A DNA stretch of 64,000 nt. Origin: Azolla caroliniana. Taxonomy: Eukaryota > Plantae > Polypodiophyta. Position numbers and translations under genes: made by a program. Location of the stretch: the NCBI GenBank assembly GCA_043228905.1, contig JBHGNT010000002.1, positions 10,478,001 through 10,542,000 of the forward strand, in the 5' to 3' direction. Shown in pieces: positions 48,720 through 62,200 of this stretch (position 1 is its first letter; the number at the start of each line of letters is the position of its first letter). The notes below the pieces were generated by a model. It was not told the origin of the DNA. It did no database searches and saw only the letters and a list, made by a program, of their open reading frames with translations.

Positions 48720-49559
48720 ATATAATCAATGATCAGCCCCAAGTTGTAAATCTATCCCCATATGTGCTCTTAAAGTGCACATTTTGTGATAGTGCCCCAA
48801 ATGAGGAGCAGCTAGTGTGCAACTCGACCATATGGGTCGATAAGGTGTTAATCTAGGAAACCGTAGATGCGTAGGACACAATGGATTTAGGAAAGAGTGA
48901 AATAGGTAATAGGATTGGCTAATCAAGTCAACTAGAATATTTTGTGGTCAAGTTACAATGTACTTAGTCTTGAAGTATGTGCCATTGACTTCAAGATAAG
49001 TATTATCTAGCACTAATGTGTATCTAGGGAGTTGGGTTATATTAAATGACAAGTCAATTGACAGAAAAGGAATATGTCCACTATTATCAATTGACATGCA
49101 CATTTAAGGTTACACTCAGACCAAATAGAGAATATAATCCATTGTCTTACACAATGGTGTATTGATCATCAGTCCCCACTAATTTTGTAGTGAGTTGGTC
49201 CAAATCCCATCTAAGGTATAAGGTGTGAGCGCATGGGTGAAGTACCATTGTGAGCTACTCTCATATGTAATAGAAGTTTTGTTTTCATATATCCATCTCT
49301 GTGGTTGTAACTCTATATACCTATCTAATCGATTCTCAATATTTCTAACAATACCTAATCAAGGACCAACCAAATGATAAAAATCCCCTTTAATTGTGCT
49401 CCATTAGGACCTAAACTGCCACCTTTTCACAAAGTGAACACCTTATTTTGGTTGGACTTGTTTAGAACTTCATCTTGTTAGCTAAGAAACTCAAATCTAT
49501 TGGATGGTGAATGATTACTAGGGTTACTAGGATGGCTAGATGTAATTGGAGAATTAAGA

Positions 49560-52500
49560 TGAACTTTATGTCACAGATAGTTAGAGAGAATTAGAATTTT
49601 TATCGTCCATAAAGAGGCCAATTTTGACGTATGGGACCAGACTATACATGTGTTCTTGATATATGTCTCCTTCCTAAGAAGGGGTATTCATACATTGAAG
49701 CACAAAGTCTCTATGTGTTGGTAAAGCATACATATATGAGCTCAACCTTCTAGGTGGTGTCTTAAGTATGACACTTAAGTTATCACTCCCTCTTAGTATG
49801 TTAGCATATCTTGAACGAATTGCACTATATGTCGAGCATGTAAAGAGCAAGTGACATTCATCCTCTACCATGCCTTCATTGCATATTGTACATGTCTTCA
49901 AATTCGTTACATTTTGATACCATGATGCAACTTCAATACCTAACTTGTGAGATCAAGTGCGAAGTAGTGTAAGGGCTCTACGAGCGTTACTACTCATATT
50001 GGTAATGAGATAAGGTTGGATACGATCAATAGACATTCTTGCTTTATATTAAGACCAACATTCAGGGTTGACATTTGCAATGTAGTATTCTAGCTTTGTC
50101 CTCTTAGCATCCTCCCACTTCATCCTTAATGATTCCACCAACCTTTCCTCAATCATTACATATTGCATAGCATTGCTCGAAAGCTCTAAAAGATCATCCA
50201 CACCCATCTTCTAAACCATTTCCTTATGTCAACAACCCAACCAAATGAGAGAATCTTACTTTTATGATTCTTTTGTAGCTTACATCCAACATTCCAAGCA
50301 AGATGTGGTAATCGATGATTCGGCATATTCTTGACTTTTGTAATGTATTTATATACTCTATGGAGTGCCAATAGTTCTATGGGTCGAACACCCATTTCCA
50401 AGAGCATAACCTGGTAAGAGGTAGTGCATTTAGCTCCTAATTGGCTCCTTAAAAACATCTTTTGAATTTTCTCAATCTTGTTCCATGCATTAAGAGAGAT
50501 GGTGCCACCCCATACTTCTACTAAATAAAGCAATACTTGAGTTACCATGGCATTGAACAACATTAGTTTTACTTCCCATCCACAAGTATCACTTTGGTTG
50601 CATTGGTTCTCCAAAAGGTAATATGATTTCCAACCGGCTTGGAGTCTAGAATCAAAGCAATAAGATAACATGTTGCATCAAATTGGGGCCATTCAATCCT
50701 TCTTCTCTTGCAACCTTATTCACCACTTCTTCTAATTTATCAATACATAAGCCAAAGAGTGTGGGTGATAGTGGACATCCTTGCTTGACCCCCATGTTAT
50801 TTAAGAAGTGCTTTGAGAATCCACTATCCATTTTTAGTTGGCATTTAACTTGTTCATATAGGCGTGCAACCGCAACTCGGTACACTAATGGCATGTCAAT
50901 GACTACCATTCTATTCCAAAGCTCACTTCGTGGTACGGTATCAAAAGCTTTCTGGAAATCAACAAAACAACAATAAAGTGTTTTTCCTTGTAGTTGACTC
51001 TCTTCCATGATTACTCTTAATGTGACCAAATGATCCACGGTGGAGTGTTTTGGTCTAAATCCGGCTTGCCCAAGTGCTCTTTTGCTTGTACTCTCAGCCC
51101 ATGTGCTTATCTTTTGCTCCATAATAGTGCTATATAATTTAGCAATAGTTGAGCTTACCATTATTGTACGATAATTTGATACTTGATTCCTATCTCCGGC
51201 TTTAAATATTGGTTTAATCCAATTCATAAGCCAATCATTTGGAAATCCTTGTTTTATAGCTTGCTCTAAAATTGTCATTATCCAATGACGAGTGTGTGGC
51301 ATTGTCCATTTTAAAAACTCACTTGAGACGTAGGTTGAATCTGTTGCTTTCCCACTTGCCATCTTCTTTATTCCCTTATTGACATCATCAATATCGATAC
51401 ATGTAGTGCATGGAGTTTCAATTTTCTCAACCATAGGAGCCACACCTTCATGCATATATAACCTCTGTACATATTCTAACATCTCTTCATTTGTAAAGTG
51501 ACCTTTCACATCTTCTTTCTTACCCTTGAGTTGTCCCCATGTTAATTTTGGTTTGAGCTTAAACAAGTTTTTCTTTTTCATCACTTGCATTTGCATTTGG
51601 AAATATCTTCTTTTCTTTGTCCTCACTACTTTCTTGTATATGTGCCATGCAACAATCTTTTCATTCCCCCCTTCTATGGACTTAAACCATTTGAGATACA
51701 TCTTACATTCATCGTCGAACCAAGAATTACATGGAAAACTACACACCTTATGCCCACCCACATGTCTCTTAAAGCATTGATATCCAACCTTAAGGATTAT
51801 ATCCTTCAAATGTTGTCAATTTTCTTTAACATCGTTGTTTAGAGAAAAAATTAACAAATGGTTCTCCACTTCCTTTGCATACATCTTAGCTTTTTCGTAG
51901 CAAGATCGGATGATGCATCTCTTTTCGTCTTTCACTCCACGGAATCTAGTGGAATGTGGAATTGGTAAGGTTTCCCAATAAGACCAAGAGGTCATGGGTT
52001 CAACCCCCTACATTCCATCGTGTCTATGGTATTATCCTCCCTCTAAGGCTGCCTCTTGGGACTCCCGGCTGGCTTATGTGGGTATCGTTGATGAAAATCA
52101 CGAATGGCCTCTAGAGCATTTTGTAAATGTGTAACTGGTTCCCATGTGGTGTTCGAAATGGGGTACGCTTTCCATAAGACCAAATATTGGAGCTGTCAAT
52201 GACGATATCGAGAGTCGAGGATTTGGTCAACCTCATATTCTTCGCCCGTCGACAATCCCACAAGTGGCGGTGGAGGAGGGTGTCGTCCTGGAATTTGAGA
52301 AGGATGGTAGAGTTCGAGGAGGGAAACGTGAAAAACATCGTGAATCCTGAATGTTGGATGAAGTACTAACCGGAAGGCGACTGGGGTTATCCGCTCGATG
52401 ATATGAAAGGGGCCTAGTCTTTTGTAGTCCAATTTTGCACAAGGACGTGTGGTGGCGATGTGACGACGTAATAGCCAAACCATGTCCCCGATTGCAAACG

Positions 52501-54950
52501 TCGGTGCAGCTAAGCGATGTCGGTCTGCTTGATTTTTATAGTGGTCACCAGCAACACGGAGCTTCAAGGAGAGGTCACGATGGACATCGTGTAAAGCGCG
52601 GGCGCGTGTCTCTGCCGAAGGATTGACCAAAGTTGCAGGTATGGAAATGCTGAAACGAGGGTGAAATCCATAGTTTGCAAAGAAGGGGGAAACCTTAGTC
52701 GAAGCATGGATACTATTATTGTAAGCAAATTCCGCCATTGCAAGGAAGTCCACCCAATCCTCCTGTTGGTAGCTCACGGTACACCAAAGGTATTATTCGA
52801 GGATTTGGTTGACTCGCTCCGTTTGTCCATCAGTTTGAGGATGGTATGCTGAGGACAAGTTGATAGAAGTCCTGAATGTTTGTAGAAGTCGTCGCCAAAA
52901 GTGGGAAATGAACTGAGAACCTCAATCAGAGGTGATATCCTCGGGTAAGCTATGTAATCGAACAACATTTTTAAGAAAAAGATCAACAGTCTCTTCTCCA
53001 TAAATGGTTTTGGAACATGGAATAAAGTGAGCCATCTTCAAAAACCAATCGACAATGACTAGCACCATGTCATGTCCACCAACCAGAGGGAGGTCGGTGA
53101 TAAAGTCCATGGATAGAGAGACCTATGGTCGACATGGAATGGGGAGCGGGTGGAGAAGACCATATGGTCGATGGTGAGGCGTTTTGGACCGAGCACATAC
53201 ATCACATGTCTTGATAAATTCCTTGACAAATTTCCAAGGTTGGGGCCACCAAAACCCTCGAGATAGCAATTCCAGGGTTTTTGTAACCCCAAAGTGACTA
53301 GCAAGAGGATCATCATGACAGTTTTTTAGAACCCATGTACGACATGATCCTTCGAGAACGTACAAGAGATGATTACGATATAGTAACCCATCCTGGGTTG
53401 TAAATTGGTTGAGATATGAGCTTTTCATGTCTAGAGATGGATCATTAATGCGGCCCATGATTTCTTTGGCAAATGGGTTTGACACGGTTGCCGTGGCGAT
53501 CTCGTTGAGCAAAGAATCATCATGTAACATGTTGGTGGCGAACATCTGAAGTTGATCAGGCCGCAACAAACAATGGGGTTGTTGTGAATATGCATCATCT
53601 CCTGGGCACAATGCAAAATTAGGTCACCAAAAGAGGGCATCAGCTTTCCCATGTTGAACTCCGGGTCAAAACAAGATCTCAAAGTTGTAGTCGGCGAGAA
53701 AAGATGACCATCGAGCTTGTCTCCGATTCAATGTACGACTGGTGGTGAAGTAAATTAGATTTTTGTGGTCGGTCAACTTCCGAGAGTAGAAGGCAACAGG
53801 ACGTCGTGTGCCCTCATCGTTTGGTTGGGATAGGCCAGCCCCAATGGCAAAGTCAGAGGCATCGATTTCGACTTGGAAGGGCCTTGTGGCAGCAACAAGG
53901 AGTTCGCAGCAATCATATCTGCCTTCATCGAATGGCGACCCTATTTGGCTGGAGCCCAACATCGCATCAAGGTCCACCGAAGTATTTATACAAGAATGTG
54001 GTGGTATGCATGTAAGCTAGGAAAGATCTAGATCATGCATGGAAACTCCTAGAGAGTGCAAGACATGCACTCTCTAGAAGTTTCTTGAAAGTTCTAGTGA
54101 TTAACTTACAATGTAATAAGTTGAAACTTATACAATATAATAATGGATGGAATGTAGCTCAATTGGTAAGGTTGCCCAATAAGACCAAGAGGTCATGGGT
54201 TCAACCCCCTACATTCCATTGTGTCTATGACATCAACCACACTTCTTCCACCCGAGGATGGTAAACATGTGAGCACATTTGTCAATAGGAATGCTTTTAT
54301 ACCATTTAGGATAATCAAGTTTGTGCAATTTGGCATATGTATCAAAAGTTTTCCATAATCTGACATGACACAATCCTTGGAGTTATGCACTAGACAATGT
54401 TCTACTACATTTTCTTCAAATGTCTCCACATTTTGGAAATTTCCAACTCTTGCATTGAAGTCTCCCATAATTAAAACTTTACCAAGCTTCTCAAATGAAA
54501 GTATATCATGGCATAATTCTGTAAAAGAATCATCACAATCTAACCCAAACCTACTATAGTAGTTTGAGTCTTTGTGAGGAATGTAACATGCAACTATATA
54601 CAACTTCTCTTTCCCCAAATTAACGTCTATCCATATGTATCTCTTATAGTCATCATATTTGCATACTTTGATAGAATTATCTAAGCTCTCATGGTAGATA
54701 CATGCTATCCCGGCACGCCCAATATTCCCTTTGGAGTGACGCCATATCAATTTTATGAGGTAACCGTCTATTTTAGGTATATGTTTTGCCTCATGCTCCC
54801 ATGTTTCAGCCAAAAATATAATATCCATACCTTGAGCTACATCATTGAGTCCTAAACCCTTATCCCATGGATATCCTCTACAATTCCAAAACATTACTTT
54901 CAATCGTGAAGCACTTATGGTCCCATAGGTCATTTATTTTGATTTGCTTT
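49560..54950 (-). mobile_element. Degenerate RTE/RTEX-like non-LTR retrotransposon (endonuclease 54933-54232, RT and C-terminal zinc finger ~51900-49674), interrupted by a chromovirus
   Basis: FWNCRG, LAETW, GDFNARVG, SVVD; NYRTI, QAGFR, FVDFQKAFDTV, GVKQGCPLSP; catalytic YADD region deleted at ~50655; CTIC...EDECHLLFTC. Clade assignment tentative. Confidence 0.8.
51945..54231 (-). mobile_element. Deleted chromovirus-type Gypsy (Tcn1-like): partial LTRs, RNase H, integrase, chromodomain
   Basis: LTR head TGTCATAGACACAATGG at 54231, repeated at 52031 after PPT AGAGGGAGGATAA; DASDFAIG, TDHKNL, RRQARW, MDFITDLP, LGPF, VFHVSLL, EYEVDQILDSR chromodomain. Confidence 0.85.
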
Positions 54951-54989
54951 CCGAGATGCATATGCTTGCCTTCTACATTCTTGCTCTTC

Positions 54990-57661
54990 TAGAGTTCTAT
55001 CCTCCATTACAAGGAGATATTCAAGGACACAAGGAATGTGAGGCAACAAACAAGATATTCAGAGAGAAAAAATGAATTTTACTTATGATTCCACAATTGG
55101 TGTTTTTTGCCTTGCTTGCAATCAAGATGAAAATTCGTATTTATACATGTTACTCAAAATTGTATCTAGGCAAAGCCTTTCATGTAGACAATGAATATTC
55201 TGAAAATATCCATAAAAACTATTTTCAAAATATGCATGCATACTTTGGAAATTTCAAAGATTCTAGAAGGATGAAACCTCAAAATGTACAAGTATTTTCT
55301 CATAACCACATGATGTATTTAGATGTATTTGCTATTTGTCTTGGTTATGAAATGGGAGGTTGGAGGTTTGATTCATCTCTGTGAAATTATCTTCCTCTAA
55401 ATCTTGTACATTTTATCTCGACTTGTGTGGATATCATTGATGAAAAAACATAAACTACATTGGTGACATTCTTTAAATTCTTGGCTAGCTCCCATGTTGC
55501 TTTCTAAGATGGAATACCCTTTCCATAGAACAAGATATTGAAGTTGTTGATGAAGGATGCAAGAGTTGAGTATCCTATCAACCTCATACTCCTCCCATAT
55601 TAATAATTCAATTGGTGGGGGAGGAGAAGGATGACATCCCGGAATACATGAATGAAAGAAAGAAAGAAAGATATATTAATGTCTTCTAAGAGCAAATTTG
55701 GCCCATGAGACAATTGATTATGTACAATAATGGGATGTGTACCCAATCATTGAAAATAAAAATAAAATAGAAATAAATAAAAGAGTTTTGACGTGGTACA
55801 AAAATTGTATGAGGTGTAGCATGTTCTGTAAAGGAAATGGTTGTGTTGAGACTAATTTCATTTCCATCCAAGTCTCCCGAAAATGAGCGGGGGTTGAAGA
55901 GTTTGGATGCAAGTGTGGCCCATGAACTCAATGTAAGTGGTATATTGACCATAGCTTCTAATTGAGGTAAGTCATGTTCCCTTATCTTCTTAGTTGCTTT
56001 TGCACAAAGAATGACTTTGAAGCCTGGTATTCGATTGTGAGGTTCTAGAAGTGATACATGGAAAACATTATAAATCCTGAAATGTAAATGATTGTCATAA
56101 TGATTCGGAAAGATCCCAACTTCTATTAGTTCAACCTCATGCAAGAACAAGTGGTGGAAATATTTTGATGTAGGAGCCAAACAAAATCACAAACTTGGAG
56201 GTATCTGATCGATGACAATCAACATGATCCCTTTATCGTTTGAAGGCAATTGATAACAATCATGGAATGTGTGCCCAATCATTGAGAATAAAAATAAAAT
56301 AGAAATAAATAAAAGACTTTTAACATGGTACAAAAATTGTATGAGGTGTAGCATGTTCTATAAAGGAAATGGCTGTGTTGAGACTAATTTCATTTCCATC
56401 CAAGTCTCTCGAAAATGAGCGGAGGTTGAAGAGTTTGGATGCAGGTGTGGCCCGTGAACTCAATGTAAGTGATATATTGACCATATCTTCTAATCGAGAT
56501 AAGTCACATTCCCTTATCTTCTTAGTTCCTTTTGCAAGAAGAATGACTTTGAAGCCTGGTATCCAATCGTGAGATTCTAGAAGGGATACATGGAAAACAT
56601 TATAAATCCTCAAATGTAGATGATTTCTCGATGATTCGGAAAGATCCCAACTTCTTGTAGTCCAACTTCATGCAAGAATGAGTGGTGGAATATTTTGATG
56701 TAGGAGCCAAACAAAATCACAAAGTTGGAGGTATCTTATCAATGACAGTCAGCGTGATCCTTTTATCGTTCAAAGGCAAGGATGAGCTACGAGGATAGTT
56801 CTCAATGTATATACATTAGGTTACAGGTTGGGTTGATGATCCATATCATCAAATGTTGATTAAACTTTGCAAGATCAATGTTTCCTAGAAGAGGTCACGA
56901 TGTTTCAACTAGAGTCCAATGAGCCAGGCCTGAGTTGGACCCTAGCGAGAGTGCTTATGAGACCGAATTGACGAAAATTATAATTAAAATGGCAATAATT
57001 TAGGGTTTTCGTCGCATAATAAGTTGGATCTAATTGATAAAACCTTGATAACACCTTCATGCCACCGAATTTGTATGGTAGACTAACCTTAGACTCGAAA
57101 ACATTAGGATAGAAAGGGGTTGTATTGAAGGTAGGGCTCGGGATGATGGACATTCATTTCTGTTGATGTAAGGTTGGCTTTGAGGTCCACTGGAGTAGCA
57201 TCTTGAAGTTTTTGCAATGCTTCCCAAAGGTTTATCATTTTCAATCTAGAGTTGTTGCAATGTTGCCATCCATCATCTCATTTAGGTTATTGACGGAGTC
57301 ATACATGATGAGGCTTACAACGGTGACCTATCTGTCACCGATAGTTAGATCAAATAAAAAAGGAGACAAAATATTGAGATACGAAGAATGAATTGTACTA
57401 ATGATTCCAGAAATGATGTTATTCACCTTGATTGGGATCAACATGAACAACAATATTTATACATGTTCCTAATAATGGCATGTAGGCAAAGAATATCCCA
57501 AAAATATCTACAAAGATTATTCCAAAAATATGGATTCATGATCTAAACGTGTCTAGAACTTTCCAACTATTTCTAGAATGATAAAACTCAAGATGTACAA
57601 GTATTTTGTCATAACCACATGATGTGTTGAGATGCATTAGCTATGACCCTTGGTTATGACG
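54990..57661 (-). mobile_element. Old chromovirus remnant with two diverged LTR-like repeats (~55000-55351, ~57330-57661)
   Basis: 55139-55350 and 57455-57660 align by eye (GTACAAGTATTTT.TCATAACCACATGATGT...TTGGTTATGA); chromodomain-like EYEVDRIL...QYLVLWKGY at ~55500-55600. Confidence 0.55.
55710..56780. repeat. Diverged ~537-bp tandem duplication
   Basis: Two copies (55710-56247, 56248-56780), both encoding RIYNVFHVSLLE on the minus strand. Confidence 0.9.
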
Positions 57662-59290
57662 GCAATTTATTTGATTTAATTAACTTGTCTAGGTCAATGG
57701 GGACAATTTATCACAATGTGTCCTAGGCCACCACAAAATAGACATAAATAGTTTGCTTGGCATCAATACTTTTTAGCTTTAGCCAAATGCCCTTGACAAC
57801 ATGTTGCATCAATCTCCATTGGGGCAGGGACACATTCCAGAACTATGTTGGTGCTTGAGTTGGGCTTGACTACTGCACAAATGCATAATGTTGTTATGTC
57901 CTACATAATATCTATTGTCGTTGAGAGCTTTGCTCAAATAGATGTTCATCACATTTTAATGCTTGATTAATAGCCCACATTGATAATTTTGGATTTTAAT
58001 GAAAATGAGAAGCAAATCATTCACCTTATTGCATAGTCCATGATAGAATGGATCTATTAACGTTTTTTCATCCCAACTAATATTAGTTGTAAGGAGGCAA
58101 AACTTTTGCTACATAAGCTAAAGTATGGGGATCTCCTTGGTTCATTCTTCAAATCTTGTTGATTATTATTCTTATATTATTTGTATCCTCAAAATTTGCT
58201 AGAAATTCCTGTGCGAAACCATCAAATTTGTCTAGCAAGGGAGACTTCTTTTCTATTAATGACACAATTACCATTCAAGTCTCATACCTATTAGTAATGT
58301 TCTTGCCCACCCAGTTGGAGCAACATTCGTAGGATATTAGTGGATGCAAGTTTGCAACACATCTTCTTGTTAGTAATTACATTCTCTTATTTAGTTATTC
58401 TCTTCTATTATTCTATCTTGTGCTTGACTGTTTGAACTTTGAACTATAATGGTTTATAAATACTCGAACAAATGCTTATATATATAGCATCATTTGGAAA
58501 TATGCATGCTTGCCACCAAGTAGACATACACAATCACAAGCTGGCATTCAATCAAGCATGTCAGTTCGCAATCATGCATTAGCTTGTGTGAGGCGGTGAC
58601 ATTTCGAAGAGAAAGTTACCTAATGGTGGTATCATTCCCCAAATTGATTAACCTTACACCTATTATGAGGCATCAGATGAGGGAAGCATCACAATGATAA
58701 CAGTAATGTGAACGAATTTATGACTTCCTATTTTCCACTTGTCCTTGCAATGCACAATACCATCTCTGAGATCACCACGAATCGGTGTTATAACAAAATA
58801 GGTTGTACTGATGATAATCGCACCATTTGCAAATAATCTCAGTTGTGAGATAGAAATACAGCACAATAGTACTACTGTGATTTTACATGATGCCCAACCA
58901 TCGTCATCTTTTAGGGACTTCTGCTTTCGCAAAAATTTGCTCCTGAACCTCTACTTAGATATGAAGAGTTTGTATTACTGATGAAAATCATAGACAAAAA
59001 AATGATGAAGAGAGGATGTCCAAAAGGCTATAACTAATAATGCAAAGGTAACAAGGTTAGCTTTTTCAAGCTGAAACGAACAGCTACATAAATACAAATG
59101 AATCAACAAACTCTATCTTGACTGTCAGCATTAACAAAACCTTGATCCAAAATAAACCACGAACAAAGTCAAGCAATACTAAGTAGGTACTTGTGTAATT
59201 GTTGGTAAATTTTTACAGGACAAAATTACACCCATGCTGTGAACTATATATAATTACACTCACGAAGGAGAGCAAGCCCCTTTGATGCTC

Positions 59291-62200
59291 TTAAACATGG
59301 TAGGTCATTCCAACTTCAATAAGGCTATTGTGGGGGATTCTTAGAGCCATAGAATGACCCCTACAATTCCTGTTAAGAAAATTGAATGCCCAATTTATTG
59401 CAAATTTCTTCACCCAAGATGAGGAGCCCCTAGCTTCCATGTAGGAATGCCCTAATATATAAGATATCCCAGCTTGTTGAGCATCGATAATCTCCTTTAA
59501 CTCATCTTCAACTTCTCTCCATGAACTATTCGCTGATACCATCTCTTTAATGTTTGCATCTATGCAAAAACAAACATTTTCACATGTTGAACAAACGATG
59601 GACCCATCACAAGACACCGAAAAAGAAGTAGGAAGACTGTTGTTATCTGGTGCAGTCTTCATGGGAATATGATAATGTTGATGAACATGACTGCTGTGTT
59701 CTCTATATGCTCTGCTGCCATTCACAGAGGTAAGCTCCATTCCTTCTCTCGGAAATTGCACCACATGTTCTTCCGATTGTTGTATATATTTAACAATGCT
59801 CAGTACAAGTTGGGTCTCAAAGTCATTCTCATCTTTATGGGCGTCCTTGTATCCATACCTAACTACACATCTAAACATCCGATACTCCTTTGTCCCGATA
59901 CGCCCCACCATAAACCGCTCTGCTGGAAGTATGTAAGGTACAGGTACTGCTTTCACACACACCAAAACTACTATCTGATGACAAGCTGGAAGATTGGTCA
60001 CAAAGTGTGAAAAGACTGCAGGAACCCCAGATACCAACTCTGTATAAACTAGGCCAATGCCAGGGACACGAACTATACCAAGGCTTGGGCCATGTGCAAG
60101 TAACCATTCCATAGAAACCTTGTTTTGCACCTCGAATTCATACTTTTTCCTCAGGCCATAGTTCCATATGTACATGACCCCTAGGAAGATCATGGCAAGC
60201 ACAATGGGTACCCATCCTCCTTCATGAACTTTGTTCAAACATGAGGAGATGTAGACAAGCTCGATGCTACCAAAGAATAAGAGGAAAGTCACAGCATAAA
60301 AGAAGCTTCGTTGCCAAACTATCATGATGATAAGTGACATCAGAGATGTGGTGACAAACATCACTGTCACCACAGCAAGACCTGATACCGATAGAAAGAT
60401 AGGTAAAAGTGAGCTTTATGAATTACAAGGATTTAACCATTCATAGCCTGTTAAGTAGAAAGTGGGCATCGAATTCTATGATTTTCAAAATAAGCAAGCG
60501 TATTCTTTAAAATTCAACAATATTTTGGGGATTTCCACTATTATGTCAGAGCCAAACTAAAGGAAAATGCACTATCAAAATAATTTTATTTTCTTTTGCA
60601 TAGTAAATCATCAAAACGTTAAGGGTAGGCAGGCAAACCATAAGCATTTCCGATGAGAGTTGTATCCTGGAAACCAATTGCGATAGCCAAGCACAGGATC
60701 ATCAAAATCCAATTTATATCTGGGACGTAAACTCGTCCAAATATGTTCTTCGATGTGTGGATTATCTTCACACGAGGGAAACAATCCAATGATGAACATT
60801 GGTTGATGATTGAAAATGTTGCTGATATAACTGCCTGGCTCCCCACAATAGATGCAAGTGTAGCTATGACAAGTACCGGCCAGAACACTGGCTCTGCACA
60901 GTTTCACAAACAATATTTATTTATCTATTAAGCAAATAAGAATTCATAGCTGGGAATATTATTTCAAGGTTGTTTACTTGGGATTGATCTATAAAAGCTC
61001 CATCCAGTGGCATCTCGGTTCCTTGAAAGAAATGCGGCCTCCCCAGTGTAGGAAAGCATCAGGCAAGGATAGACACCAAACATGAAGGCGAGCTGTTCTA
61101 AATTGCACTCAAGTTAGTTTTATTCAAATTTGAATTGTAAGAAGTTGCGTAGCAAATAGATCTTTCTCACACAACGTTGTTGGGGCTCTTCTTCCAGAAA
61201 AACACAAAAACATGCCCCTAATTATTTGGACATTTACCATAATGCCCCTAACTTTAACGCCTTTACAAGAATACCCATAGTGGTAGTACAAATATACCAG
61301 AGGGGTATCCAGCTAGAATTTGAAAACCTACGGGTATATATGTAAAAATATCTGAAATGTGAGGGGGGGTTTCCCTCTTAGTATTATATTACTAAAATTC
61401 ATTAGATACCTTGATAGAAAGTTGAGAAAAGTGCCCCAAGTCTACAAACATTGCTTCAGCTCCTACACACAGAAATCATGGTCTGAAGCACAAGCTTCTT
61501 ATCGGTATTTTTTTAATGTCATAATCCAAGCAAAGTTGGGCCAATCACTTTCATACCTGTTATGCAAAGAACTATCCCACCAAGGGACATCCATCCATCT
61601 TTACCTGTCACTCTAAAGAATTTGTAAATATAGTATGGTGAAAGCCCTTTCATAACTGTTGGATTCCAATGCCAGATATTGTAGATTCCAATAGAACCAA
61701 TACACACAAGCCATGCGAGGATAATAGGTGCAAACATAAATCCAACCCGATGCGTTCCATAGCGTTGTAAAGAGAACAAACCAATGAGAATAAGACAAGA
61801 GAGGAATACCACCATATCTGTCAAGATGACGTCAACAACATGTCAAGAGTAATGGGTGCAAAAAGGAAATAGTGTGATCTGATTTTATCACTAGTTCACA
61901 TCAACTTGTCAAAAAGAATCCCTAAAATGCCTATCCCATTTACACAGTAGATTTATTGTAAAAATGTCCTGTTAAAAATGTTTCCGCTACTACATATGTA
62001 GTAATTACAGGAAGAATAACGATTGTTGCACATATCCTCTGTGTCAGTACTTCAAACTTCTAAGAAAAATCAATGCCACTGACAAGGAGCACCATTTTTG
62101 GCATAGATATTGGCCTAACACTATCAACATATATAGAGAGGGGGAGAGAACCAAAGTAGTATCAAGATAACTTACGGTCACTGGGCTTGTTTGTTGCAAC

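Larger units (their letters stand above)
10239..49350 (+). mobile_element. Copia A: outermost Ty1/Copia LTR retrotransposon (LTRs 10239-10875 and 48714-49350), interrupted in RT by Copia B
   Basis: Two 637-bp LTRs (about 26 mismatches by eye), PBS TGGTATCAGAGC 10876-10887 (tRNA-iMet), PPT GAGGGGGCG 48705-48713, flanking ATAC duplication. Confidence 0.95.

Noticed and set aside
61180-61376. Mutator-like MITE in a KUP intron (TGCCCCT/TACCC ... GGGTA motifs)
   Set aside because: Inverted motifs present but no convincing TIR ends or TSD.
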